DNA of 64,000 nucleotides from Albugo candida (Eukaryota): NCBI GenBank assembly GCA_040437565.1, contig JBDOQK010000017.1, positions 434,001 to 498,000 of the forward strand, read 5' to 3'. Shown piece by piece: positions 1 to 13,400 of this stretch (position 1 is its first letter; each line of letters starts with the position of its first letter). The notes under the pieces were generated by a model. It saw only the letters and a program-made list of their open reading frames with translations, ran no database searches and was not told where the DNA came from. The position numbers and the translations under genes were made by a program.

Positions 1-1676
1 AGCTCGCGAGTACGATACACCGAGAGTCTTTTATGACCAAATACCACACGTTGATGGAAGATAAACAACTACACTCAGCATATTAGTTTGTGCAGTGAAA
101 AGGGAACATGCAAACAAACTCGATCAGTGCTGTAAATAACGTATCCAGTTGGTCGCAAGTCAAGTGACATTCTTGTATTTTGATAAAGACCTTCCACATA
201 CAAATACCAAGATAAACGCCTGCAATACTAACACGATCACAGTGTAACCTTGTTACCGAATCATTCAAATCGTATAATAAACTCTTCAATTCTTTTGCTT
301 GAGAGAGACCAGCGCCAATAACAAGAAGCTATCACAATGTGTTATAATGTGCATCTGATTCCCAAAACGTACATACACCATGGACGATCAAATCGATTCT
401 GTCGGATACACTGGCAAGCTGTTGTTGAGCGAACGTTGGCCGTATTTGTTCCATAATACTTCGATAGAAACTTGATAAACTCCCANNNNNNNNNNNNNNN
501 NNNNNNNNNNNNNNNNNNNNNNNNNNNNNNNNNNNNNNNNNNNNNNNNNNNNNNNNNNNNNNNNNNNNNNNNNNNNNNNNNNNNNTCACAATGTGTTATA
601 ATGTGCATCTGATTCCCAAAACGTACATACACCATGGACGATCAAATCGATTCTGTCGGATACACTGGCAAGCTGTTGTTGAGCGAACGTTGGCCGTATT
701 TGTTCCATAATACTTCGATAGAAACTTGATAAACTCCCATCGTCGTTTATCAAATGAGCCTTTAGGTCGCGTAATGGACTGCTTAGATGCGGATCCAAGT
801 CCAATCCCGCACTTAACCGCACACTCACTGGCTTCATCTCGTTCCGGAGGATATCAAGTGGCGGCCAGATGCCATCTTTACGTAACGCCACACTAACCGG
901 CTCCAATTCGTTTGCTTGCGGCACCCAATGACACATTATAATCGCCGCAAAGAAGAGCAAATCTGTCCACGTGAGAATGCCGACAGTCTGCTGACGTGGG
1001 TGGATCTCCATGCGCGCATGTAGGAGGAAAAGAACACAAACGTATTCGCACGCTAATCGTTCAGAAATCCCAAACATATCTCGTATCATTCTGCATGATA
1101 TTCCCTACCAAAGTGGTTACAGAGGAATTATCAATTGGTGTGTCATACTTGAAAATTACGGTCTTCTATTGCGCTGTAAATGCGTCGAAGATTCTCCAAT
1201 TGGCGACGACAACTACAATCATATCATTTTATCCAATAATTGAGATCGTAAAATGAATGTCACCTTTTCAACGATTCATTCGAGTAGTCGCTTATTTCGT
1301 CCAAATCTTTCTGAATTTTTGTATTGTGTTGATTGCCCAAAAACCACCGTGCGACTTGTCCATTCAACGAATAATAACGCTCGATCATATACTGTTGTTT
1401 GATAGGTGGAATTTGGAACAGTAGCTGAGTTTTTAAGAGATTCGGATGCATCAAATAGTGTTCGAGCTTATCATATAACCGATAATGATCAACCAAATCG
1501 TGATAGAGAAGGTTTCTATCAAAAGCATCGACAGCAACGGGAAGACGTGATTCTTTGCAGAGGGAGGTATGTGTATCGTTGACGTTTAAACCATCCAACC
1601 AAAGATCAAATATCGTTTCGTCGATATCAATGGGATCCGTAAGAAATGCGCCAAATACTTGACGCATTTGACACAT
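1..1676 (-). CDS. FIBP: Acidic FGF intracellular-binding protein (FIBP family); multi-exon, 3' end appears to run off the window start
   Basis: Translation ID..IFDLWLDG...DHYRLYDKLEHYLMHPNLLKTQLLFQIPP..QQYMIERYY...KDLDEIS matches the FIBP pattern. Removing GT-AG introns 1213-1263 and 1105-1148 restores LKSCRRQLENLRRI and GISCRMIRDMFGISERLA. A further exon starting at 328 reads LLVIGAGLSQAKELK. Start is ATG 1676 or 1667. Bases 332-485 are duplicated across the gap. Confidence 0.9.
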
Positions 1677-1712
1677 CAATGTACGTCAAACAAGGATGTG
1701 GCATAAATAACG

Positions 1713-3696
1713 TTACCCGTTAAGAAACATAACCGTTCTATTTACCACTGACATTGGAGCATGAAGAGATGGATAATAATCGATCGTTTGACGTGGGAGA
1801 AGAGCGAGTTGCTTCACAGGAAGCCTATGCTTTTCTGAAAGGCGCCATTTCCGTTCGCGAGGAAGGGGACGATCACGTGCAATGATGGAATTTGACGCAT
1901 TTTGATGTGAGTTTAGTGTGCCAAAAGTATGTTGGTGGAGGCTTACTGTTAGGCTGGTGTGTTTCATAACCCTCGGAATGCAATAGTGTTTTGATAGAAA
2001 ACAGACGAGCAAAGAATGTTATTGGAAGGGTTTACAGTCAACCGCCTGCTGACTACTGCCACTATCATCCACTAGATGCTAATTAGAAGGTTACATATGT
2101 ATCGTCTTACAGTCTAACTCTTCATCTTGAACCGACGCGAATAAGTTTTTAGTGTACCAACTTGTACCTTCTCGTCGCCACTTCAATACTCGATTGTACA
2201 CTAGTAATATCCTAGACGCACTAGTCAGGATCGAGATACACAAAACAGGAACATTGCTAGTTAACGAATGACACTGTTAACCATGTTCCATGTCATCTAT
2301 CAGCACACCATTTCTAATATATCGTCAAAACGAGTACCAGGAAGGACTCTTTAGCCCACTCAAAGACTGTTGGTCGATTATGAAACATTGAGATCGACTC
2401 AGTGATTCGCTTTCACACTTTGCCATTCAACATCGAATCCCTAGATTTAATACTATCTACAAGTTAACAGATCTAGAATGAATGCTGTTATATGTTGATC
2501 GTGAGTATGTGTGAATGTGCCCATAACCAAGTGTTCTTTGCAACGATGGTCACGTGTCACATACACCATAAAAGTGTTCCATGGTAAGTTTCAATCGAGG
2601 TTGTGGTATCGTCCATCCGTACTTAATATCTGTATCAACCAATGCGAACAAGGAGTCCATGTAAAAGATGGAGAGAAGATGGACGTAATTCACCAATTTT
2701 TGTATCGTTTGGGCCAAATAATTTTGAGCGTATTTCACCAAAAAAGGAGTGCAAGTGCTCGGTTGGAATCACCATTCTTTGCATGCAAAACTGAGTAGAG
2801 GATCGTATCGTACAGTCAATGGAAATTGAGTGTTCGTTGAGGAAAAGCACAAGCATCAAAAATTTGAGTGCCATCACATTCGATAATTCTTCATAGTATT
2901 CCTCACATCCCATCGAGCGCGTGCTCATTTTCCACCGCTTTGGGTGAATGGTGCCTTCAATTTGCATACGTGTTGATGATTGGATGATATCTTCTCGTCG
3001 TGGATGAGGTATTTGAGCACAAGAGATCGAAGCATTGCTGGTAGACGTGTCGTATGTGTNNNNNNNNNNNNNNNNNNNNNNNNNNNNNNNNNNNNNNNNN
3101 NNNNNNNNNNNNNNNNNNNNNNNNNNNNNNNNNNNNNNNNNNNNNNNNNNNNNNNNNNNAGATGGAGAGAAGATGGACGTAATTCACCAATTTTTGTATC
3201 GTTTGGGCCAAATAATTTTGAGCGTATTTCACCAAAAAAGGAGTGCAAGTGCTCGGTTGGAATCACCATTCTTTGCATGCAAAACTGAGTAGAGGATCGT
3301 ATCGTACAGTCAATGGAAATTGAGTGTTCGTTGAGGAAAAGCACAAGCATCAAAAATTTGAGTGCCATCACATTCGATAATTCTTCATAGTATTCCTCAC
3401 ATCCCATCGAGCGCGTGCTCATTTTCCACCGCTTTGGGTGAATGGTGCCTTCAATTTGCATACGTGTTGATGATTGGATGATATCTTCTCGTCGTGGATG
3501 AGGTATTTGAGCACAAGAGATCGAAGCATTGCTGGTAGACGTGTCGTATGTGTTCCACTTTCGCTAGAGGATCATTGTTAAATTTGGTTTGATTTCCGTC
3601 GGCGCTGGGATGCGCGTTTTCCTTTTCAATAGCGCGATTTTGTGCGTCAGTCGAATTGAATTCCGCGCGCGGAATGCGTTTTGAGTCGTTGCGCAT
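1713..3696 (-). CDS. Hypothetical multi-exon protein (structure unresolved; 3' boundary tentative)
   Basis: ATG 3696 follows an AT-rich intergenic stretch and opens an 81-aa ORF with a GTATGC donor-like site near its end. Further minus-strand ORFs follow (2635-2967, 1713-2012). A gap with duplicated flanks interrupts it. No recognisable family. Confidence 0.35.
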
Positions 3697-4989
3697 TTCC
3701 TTTCGTTGTTGAAGTTTGAACCAAAAGGAAACGAAAGTGATGTCAGAGTGTTTGTCTTAATTTTTAAATTTCGAATAAACTGAAATTGGTTAATATTACA
3801 TATGTAAACATTGAGAGCGCGACATTACCAAATAGACCTAGTCAAATCGAAAGCTTAGCGTATCTCGATGCCTTCTAAGAGCTCATGAATTCGATAATAC
3901 GCGAGAGAGAAGCTCATAGAAACCATTTAATATAATATCTCAAAACGTTGTCACCGTTTTTCTCCATAATCATGTCATGTATCCCATACCGACCTTTGAA
4001 GTTCATGAAGAAAAAGTGTACTCTCTTTCTGTATGCTCGCATTTTGATTGATTCTCAGACTATGCAAAACATGTCTGTGGTCGCGTTTTGAATGCTTTCA
4101 ACAGCCTTCTATGTAAAGAAATACAGCGGTAACACATCCGAACCTAGATCGAGTATTTTTCGGTCTTGTTTAGAGATGCACACTTCTGGCTCAACTCGAC
4201 GTGAAGTTAACTATTGATGTGGCAAAGGGAGTAATATCTCTCGTCTACGGACACAAGTGCTAAATGATCATCAAATAATCCCTTTTGATTAGGAGAGGAG
4301 AAACATAACAATCAGAAGAAGGATTATAAGATTGCGGAATTAGGACCAAAGTCGTTATCGAATATTATCAAGGGTACAAAAGGAAGAAAAAACGAACGAA
4401 TCTCCTATGCTAATTATCTATGCACTACATCTTGTGAGCCGATGTGTGCAAAACGTGAAGGAGACCGCGCTCGAAAAGGTTTTAATAAAAGATGCGTAAT
4501 GCTCAGCAGGTAACAAATTGAATACTGAAATTCATTCAGATCCTTAGTTCGCAAACGCTTTTGCTACTCTAAGGTTACTGCTTTCTTCGACTATACCTTG
4601 ACAGTTTTCCATAACGCGCATTACTAATCGTATAGGCGCACATTAGAAATCGCCTGGCCGGCGCGTCGGTAATCCTGTGCCGTTACCAACATGCGTCGGG
4701 CGATAGGGTAACTTGACAACAATACACCCTTCTTCAACAGTTTTCATTACATACATTGGAAGACAAGTATGATAATAANNNNNNNNNNNNNNNNNNNNNN
4801 NNNNNNNNNNNNNNNNNNNNNNNNNNNNNNNNNNNNNNNNNNNNNNNNNNNNNNNNNNNNNNNNNNNNNNNNNNNNNNCCAGTATTCATTCTTTCTACCA
4901 TCGTCATTTTCCACTGCACAATCACGAATTCGATCCTATCGCAAGTCATTTCTTTATCATTATATATATTTAATTGAGACTTTTCATTA

Positions 4990-6330
4990 ACGAAATACAT
5001 TGTTTTCGACATATTCTTCGGCTCTAAGCACATAACATGCACTTTTGTGACGATTGCGTGAACGTTGACTGTGGGAAATGCCAGTAACAAATCGACAAGT
5101 ATTGTGTAAATTCCGAAGCACGCCGAAATTCGATGACCTACAGCACATACGCGTATTTTTTATATGTCGCACACAAAGCAACGGTTTTCAAGCAGTGTAT
5201 CCGCGCTACATCGCTTGCATGAGAACTGCTCCTTTGACTCGCCATTCCGCACTTTTATCTTAATTTTCCCCAACTAAGACTATCATCTGCATACATCCCT
5301 TCCAGCAATGTTAAAGTCGTACGGCAGCATACCTTCTTCTTGCATTCTGGCTGCGACCCGCCGCATCGCAATTGCACTCGAAAGCGTCAATCAGTCGGAA
5401 ACGGATCCAATTTCGTCTAATTGCCTAACATTCTTCAAGCTCTTACCAGAAAGTATCCATGTTTGCACAATATCGAGCCGGCATCATCGCCATTTCTATC
5501 GGAATTTGTGGTACTGCGCGTTTCCCGCGTGTTGACTACGAAACCAATATTTAAATTTGTAGCAAGAGAATCTCTGTTTCCGTCCGATCTGAGCCATCTG
5601 GCAATTGATTCGCTTCCGTGCGATTTTCCGACGAAACTGAGTTTGCGAAGTAATCAAAGCCATTCGTTTTCGTTTTTGAACAGCTTTGGATCCAAGAAGC
5701 AATTTGGCAGATCGTTTTCGGTCGTACCTAATTCGCAATGAGTTTGCCAAATTGCATCGAGAGTGTGAAAGCGCGATTTGCTGCCGACATTCTAATTCTT
5801 GGACACTGAAAAAATAAAATTTCAGATTTTTTTGGAAACCCATTGGCAGTGGAAATACAATGTCCTTGAATTAATTTCCGCAACAATTCAACACCCATTT
5901 TATCTCGTTGCTAGATAGATCCTTCAGCAAGATTTTCGACGAGCTGTTCGGTTTCTCAAAGTTGTTCTTTTGCGTGGATGGGTGCAAATATGTTGCGCTC
6001 GTCTTTCGATTCCGTGTGTGCAGGGAACCCGATGATTTCTTGAACAAAATAGACACATACTTGAACGTTGTGTACTATTTGAAGCCTGGAAATAGTTGGA
6101 TTGCCAAGATAATCCAATGATTTCATCTATTCAATCGATTCGAGTTAATGAGGGCTTCCAGTAGTTAACGAGACGCACTCCATCGCGGAGATTTTCGCTA
6201 AGTCATTGATAGACGGATCAATCTCATCGAATGCCTTCTCCGTACACCTGAATCCCAACGGCTTCGAATGACGATTAATGTGCCCTTCATTGCTGAGAGA
6301 CAAGTGACAGAACTCGTTGAAGATAGTTAG
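4990..6330 (-). pseudogene. Degenerate LRR/IQ-motif protein pseudogene
   Basis: IQ-like segments GAVLMQAM*RGYTA*K (~5185-5240) and ALITSQTQFRRKIARKR (~5610-5660), and an LRR-like DLSSNEI (~5900-5920), are interrupted by many stops. Confidence 0.4.
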
Positions 6331-6334
6331 CATT

Positions 6335-7530
6335 TAACCGATATGATCAGTCAAGTCGTGTTAGAAAATGTTTTTGATAAAAGCATCGCTTGCAACGGGA
6401 AGACGTGATGAAAGGGAGGTATGCGCATCGTTGACATTTAAATCATCCGACCAAAGATCAAATATCGGTTCGTTGATGTGAATGGGATCCGTAAGGATTA
6501 CGTCAAGTATTTGGCGCATTTGACACATCAACTTACTCTAAACAAGGATAAACATATATAACGTAACTGGCCACATGTATGGTGTTAAGAAACATTTAAC
6601 GCGTTCTATTTACAACTGACATTGGAGCATGAAGAGATGGATCATAATCGATTGTTTGAAGAGCGAGTCGCTTGACAGGAAGGCTGTACTTTATTCTCGT
6701 GTGTTTTCATAACCCTGGAAATGTAATAGAGTGTTTCGATAGAGAACAGAGAGCACAGATTAGTATTGGAAGGGTACACAGTCAACCGCCTGCTACTATC
6801 ATCCACTAGATGCTGATTAGAAGGTTGCATATGTATAGTCGTACAGTCTAACTCTTCATCTTGAACTTATACCGACGCGAATACGTTTTTAGTGTACCAA
6901 CTTATACCTTCTCTTCGTCACTTCAATACTCGATTGTACACTATTAGAATCCTGGACGTACTAGTTAGGTTCGAGATTCACAACACGAACATTGTGATTT
7001 ATCAGCACACATTTCGAAATACACAGAGAATCGATCTGATATACAAATGTACGGCTGCAAGAGTTCTGATGGGATGTATATCGTCACAAATAGTACCAGG
7101 AAGGACTCATTAACCGGATCCGAACAATCTGTCGATCAAAAAGACATTGAGGTCGAGTCAGCGATTTGCTTTCACACTTTGCCATTCACGGAAATCCTTA
7201 GCATTCAACATTCTCTATAAGTTGACATTTCGAGAATGAATGCTGTTATATGTTGATCGCGAGTAGTGTGAATGTGCCTATAACCACGTGCTCTGTGCGA
7301 AGATGGTTACAGGGTAAATTTCAATTGATGTTGTGGTGTCGTCCATCCCGTACTTATCACCCTAATGCGGACAATAAGTGCGTGTCAAAGATGGAGAAAA
7401 GATGGACGCAATTCACCAATTTTTGTATCGTCGGGCCAAATAATTTCGAGCGTATCTCACCAAATAGTGCAATAATTCGGTTGAGTCACTGTTCTTTGCA
7501 TACAAAATGGAGCAGCGGATCATAGCGTAT
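6335..7530 (-). repeat. Diverged segmental duplicate of ~1477-2815 (FIBP 5' coding end plus upstream sequence); truncated FIBP pseudo-exon
   Basis: Collinear similarity throughout, e.g. 6471 cgttgatgtgaatgggatccgtaag vs 1619 cgtcgatatcaatgggatccgtaag, and 7390 gatggagaaaagatggacg vs 2668. The copy translates MRQILDVILTDPIHINEPIFDLWSDDLNVND...IKNIF*. Confidence 0.85.
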
Positions 7531-8979
7531 AGTCACAGAAACGTGATGGGAATGTATGAAGTTATGCAAGTCACGTTAATAACGCTCACAACTCGATGTT
7601 AGAAAAACGAAACGATACATTATTAATTGACACAATTATCAATGCACGCGTTCCCTTTCATTAGATGCCTTAAAAAGACTGAAATTGATGATGGTAGATG
7701 GCACCCAAAACTTTGTATATAAATATCCGCTACGCATCATCAGGGAAGCGTAAGAAATGAAAAGCAGTATGAGACAGCATATTTGAATTGTGAATTGCAT
7801 CGTTATTTACGCATCCCTCTTGAATTGTGTTGAGTAAGTACGCATGTTAAACGTCGTATACAAATGTTAAGTGAATAGGGAAGAGTGATCCGATTAAGCT
7901 TGCGTTTGTTATGGTGTGCTTTAATTCAGACATATACCAGTCACTACATCGTTGTTTGAATGACGCGTAGAAGCTCTCGTTTGCGATCAGGGCCGAGCGC
8001 CTTTCGCTGAGTTGCCTCCCTTTAAAATTTCAAGGCATTGGATTTGAGACGTACGGATAACCAAGCAAACCGCAGTGCATGTGAGAAATCAATCGTTCAA
8101 GTGCTTCACCGCAATCTGATTGGAGCTATTATACGGCTTACTATTAAAGTACCGTTTTATGTGTTTTAATTACTTATCCGATACGATTAATCTTATCAGT
8201 AAGGGTCATGATGCACCACTGGTGTCATGTTGTCATTTACGCTTACCAAACCGTAAGTATCCTCAATAGTGATGCGCACAACTGTGAGAAGGAACTGATA
8301 ATTAGAATGTTGCAATGTAAGATACCGTTTCTTGAATCATCCTTGCGAATGTGATTGTGCACCAAAGGCTCAGACACTGTCTCCTGAATATTTACATGTG
8401 AATGTGACGTTCTAAGATTGTGAGGAGTCCCTCAAACTACAAACATCCTCCAATTCCGTTGAAAAGGAAACAATATCGCACCTAATGGGAATTCGGTGAT
8501 CGCCAACTCGAGTACGCATTTTGGACACGTTTTGATATCCACACCTAAACAGCAGCTTCTGTTTGGTCAAATTAGGAAAGTTCAGTTATTAGTTTCATCC
8601 AGCTGTTGTATCTCAATGCTTAAAGGCTGTATGTCCATCGCTGTTCATACTCGTAATCGTAGCGTAGTAGTACATCCACTTAACAACAGTGATGTATAAC
8701 ATCGTCAGTATGTTTTTGACAAATAGAAATCTTTTGCTTCCAAACATAAATACGTATGATTGAACAAAAAAACACACGAACACGCTTTCCAATTGGTTAT
8801 AAGAAACCTATGTATAACCCCACAACCTACCACTCCATTCTTCTCCTCAGATCTGAATCTAATCCCATCCCACGATGATTGGTCATTATCACCACCATAT
8901 TGAATGTAAAAGCGTCGCGCTACCCCTGAATAACCTTTTGCATAACCTTTTGTGTAGAGTGTACACCATAGTTGTCATC

Positions 8980-10137
8980 ATGTCTGACGCACGATCCGAC
9001 CCAAACAACAACGACTTTGATTCTTCTCCACCAGCGCGTAAGCACACGTGTGAATCACCACCAAAGTCGCAAGGGAACAAGCGCAGTCGTGTCGCCTTTG
9101 AGATGGCTGATATTATTGAATTTGAACCAACGCTATTCACAACCACTGTCACGTCGGGAGGCATACCGGTACGTGTATCGAATCATTCTCTGAACGTATT
9201 TACAAACAATTTCGAATCAAAGCTTGGAATGTCGTTGAAAGAGCGGNNNNNNNNNNNNNNNNNNNNNNNNNNNNNNNNNNNNNNNNNNNNNNNNNNNNNN
9301 NNNNNNNNNNNNNNNNNNNNNNNNNNNNNNNNNNNNNNNNNNNNNNATTCTTCTCCACCAGCGCGTAAGCACACGTGTGAATCACCACCAAAGTCGCAAG
9401 GGAACAAGCGCAGTCGTGTCGCCTTTGAGATGGCTGATATTATTGAATTTGAACCAACGCTATTCACAACCACTGTCACGTCGGGAGGCATACCGGTACG
9501 TGTATCGAATCATTCTCTGAACGTATTTACAAACAATTTCGAATCAAAGCTTGGAATGTCGTTGAAAGAGCGGTCGCGGGTGCGCCGACGATTGGACTCT
9601 TTCGAAATGGAGCGACAGCAATGGTATGGCTGTATTTTTGTAAATTAATGAAAGCTTATGTTATTATGAAATAGCCGCATTGGCCGTCAGAGTTACATGG
9701 AGGAAGGATATCTGAATCCGTTAGAGAGAGAATGGATATTGTGTCAAGCAGGTTGCCCTGAGCAAACAATCGTTCAGGTGGAAGCGCAGGTGAATGAGAT
9801 CATTGCGCATCGACGCGAGTCGAATGAAGTGGATTTTTCGTACATGGTTGGGCTTGGTGATCTGACAGGTGATGAGGTGGAAGAGCGAGTAGATTGCGAC
9901 GGTGAAAGCGAAGAAGAGGCTGTAGTGAATGATGTGGTGAATGATGGCGATCCCGAGGTCGAGCGATACGATGATTTGAAACGCAATTCAATGAATTGTA
10001 ATGCGGAACCCAATTCCAATACCGATCGAAAACATCGTCCATGTGTTTCGGATAGAGGCAAAGAATCGGTGTATGACCACATGGACACTGCATTCCAACC
10101 ACAGCCGCACGTGTGCAATGATCCAGTCGCCGCATAA
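8980..10137 (+). CDS. CSRNP N-terminal-like protein with RVxF motif and acidic tail (3 exons; 5' part duplicated across gap)
   Basis: KRSRVAF..IIEFEP...TVTSGGIP|LGMSLKER...LDSFEMER...YLNPLEREWILCQAG resembles the CSRNP_N signature (VxF...GGxxLGM...R..LL..G). Introns are 9496-9549 and 9624-9674 (GT..AG). Stop at 10137. Confidence 0.65.
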
Positions 10138-10436
10138 TATCTTTTTCCATACCATGCTATAATATAATATAATCAATAAACGATATCATAGTATACAGGT
10201 AGGAGCCGCTATGGAATAAACGGTCGGCGCTCTTTGCGCTCACAATCCGTCAAAATCAATTCAGTAGTTCCCGTGTCCCACTCATTCTGACATAAAGCGC
10301 GCTTGTATATCACGCCGTCGCTGCATTGTGTCACAATCGACAATCACAATCCAACGACATGAGTGGTTGCTCGATCGCTACCTTCATCTAACATTAATAT
10401 TCCGCAGCAGAAATTTCAAAGCGCAATGTCAAAGCG

Positions 10437-13400
10437 ATGACAACGTATTCTCATCGCTTCATACTGTTCGCACTGACTATACAACTAATTATCTACGCTA
10501 ATGCAGGTCATGATCGCATTCATTCGTCCCGTGACTTACTCGAGAATAAATTGGGACGCAAAGGCGTGAATGTAAAGCCAGCAAAAGGATTGGATAAAAA
10601 GAATAACCAGTCATCTAATGCGAATACGGCGATCATAGAGACGCCAATCAAACTCACAAGCGAATTTGAAGCATTGTACAAGAAGCTTTTGCATGCGACA
10701 GAAAAGAAATCGCCTTGGAAACACATTCGTATTAAACTTGGCCATGGAAATAACGTATTGGATCGATTAGCGAGCGTAATGTATCGTGTGGTGTTTAGTG
10801 TGGTGGGAAGACACAAAGCGTATTATATAAAGAGATACAGGTCATTGGGACACAATCTGCCACTTTGTATGGATTTANNNNNNNNNNNNNNNNNNNNNNN
10901 NNNNNNNNNNNNNNNNNNNNNNNNNNNNNNNNNNNNNNNNNNNNNNNNNNNNNNNNNNNNNNNNNNNNNNNNNNNNNAATGCAGGTCATGATCGCATTCA
11001 TTCGTCCCGTGACTTACTCGAGAATAAATTGGGACGCAAAGGCGTGAATGTAAAGCCAGCAAAAGGATTGGATAAAAAGAATAACCAGTCATCTAATGCG
11101 AATACGACGATCATAGAGACGCCAATCAAACTCACAAGCGAATTTGAAGCATTGTACAAAAAGCTTTTGCATGCGACAGAAAAGAAATCGCCTTGGAAAC
11201 ACATTCGTATCAAACTCGGCCATGGAAATAACGTATTGGATCAATTAGCGAGCGTAATGTATCGTGTGGTGTTTAGTGTGGTGGGAAGACACAAAGCGTA
11301 TTATATAAAGAGATACAGGTCATTGGGACACAATCTGCCACTTTGTATGGATTTATATGGGTTTTGTAAGACGAATGGCATTGTGAAAAGCAATTGGACA
11401 CGAATTGAGACGAGTGTGAACGCAATGATCAAGCACAAGAAGAAGAAGTCGTCGTCGGATGAGGTTTATGACGCGGAATCGCTTTGGCTGATGCTGAATG
11501 CGTATAAAAATATAAGTTTTTGGGAGAAAAAGAAGAAAAGTGTAACATGGGACGACTGGGGGGACGAACCACAACAAGCATACCTTTTTAGTGTACGTTC
11601 GTACTTTAGAGGATCGTGTGAATTGGCATGGGGACTCTCATTGGACGTGGTACAACAGATTGATCTGACACAAGTAGTTGGGACGTACGTGAATGGGACA
11701 TTAAAACATAAGAAAAAAACGCATTCTCAACCAAAAGCGTGGTACGTCCCACTGGTTTCAACGAATTCAACGAAACGTGCCTTATCCGAATACTCCAGTG
11801 TACTGATGGAACTGGCCCTGCTCAAACATTCTGATATCGCAACAATCAATGCTGCGGGTAGTCCCGAATTACTAGGCGCTGTCATTGATCCGTACATCGA
11901 AGATATACAACGTGCGCTCACACAATCAAACGTGATATTGGAACGTGTCTATATGCAATTGTTTGTGTCCAAATCGAACGATTTGAAGCAATTCATCCAA
12001 GTTGCATCTAAATATTGTCGTCCCAATCTTCATCTTCGCTTTTGTACCATAGTACCAATCATGTACCAACTTGGTACATATACCTATGAAAAACGTGCAT
12101 CTCTCCGTCCCAATTTTATCCCGCACTTGTCGTCCCAATTCGCTAGTTTGGAACGTTCTCATTTCCTCCAATTATTACAAAACAATTACCGTACGCAGCA
12201 AATCGCTACAAAAATAAACACATTCAGTAAAGAAATTACAGAAAAAACCACTTCTCAAGCTCAACGCCTCAATCATCTTCAACAAGATCAAGCGTACGAC
12301 CGCGTCGTCATGGCTACCCAATCCACTCTCGATCAATTACAGCAGGTCGCCGACACCCTCCGCACCAATGACGCCGCTGACGTTCTCAGTTACGACACAA
12401 CTTTTGACGCACTCACCATTTCCATCGAAAAGCTCCTCAAATCCTCAAATTCTTCATTAAGTCTCTACCTCAACCAAATTCAAACCATCGGACAAGCTGC
12501 GTATACAGCATCCAGCGGTCGTACTAAAGGCAGTGGTATGGCACTCATACTCCGTCTCCTCTCCATCCTCGTCGATCCTGATTCCTGGCGCAAAACTGGC
12601 GTCTACACCGACATCGTCCGAACTCTCGACACCATTCGAAAAGACTTTATGAATCCTCAACACATAACGAATTACATGTCTGCATTCAATTCAAAAACAC
12701 TTCATCGATTCAAAAAATTAATTGATTCAATTCGATCAGAATTGCCAAATATCAAGAAATTACATAAAGCGATGCTACCCTTATGGAACGACCCGAAACT
12801 CTCCCAAGACGAAATGCTACGTCATGGACAGGATTTCCTTACAGCGTATGCAAACTACACACACTCTATCACATTATCAGAAGTCAATGAAGTACAGCAA
12901 TTGTTTGTCGTCTTCCTCACAGAAGCGTGTCGGATTGCATCCGAAAAAGGCCTCGCGCATGTGGAATGTCGCCATGTCACAGGTATCAGCAATGTGTTCA
13001 CAAAACTGGGTCGAGCAGTATCCATGGAGAATGACGCCATTGACGCATTAGCCGATCTCGCACAAAGCGCGTTCAAAGCTGCAAGCAGTCAATTTCTCGT
13101 AAGCGCGATCGATTCCGTCTCCAAGGATACATTTCAACATATTACGAAAGTAGACGCACAAAAAAACGATATTACGAATCGCGATTTCCATAAAATGCGA
13201 AAGGAATTCGACGATATCGCATACATTCACGCGCTGTCTCTCGTTCATGTAACCATTTCAGCGGCACAGTTGCAAAGCACAGTCCTTCTTACGTGCCATT
13301 TCCACACGTACTTGAACGCCGGCATTGTCATTCCTCCGTGTGTCAGCGTATTCCAAACCACCAAATTGAAATTCGACCTCGAAATGCTGCTCGCATACTC

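Noticed and set aside
10278..10295. Oomycete INR-like CTCATTCT upstream of the large secreted gene
   Set aside because: Short motif lacking a clear FPR element; expected by chance without TSS data.
10437..10600. RxLR-like motif after the signal peptide (RDLL)
   Set aside because: Does not match RxLR and has no dEER.
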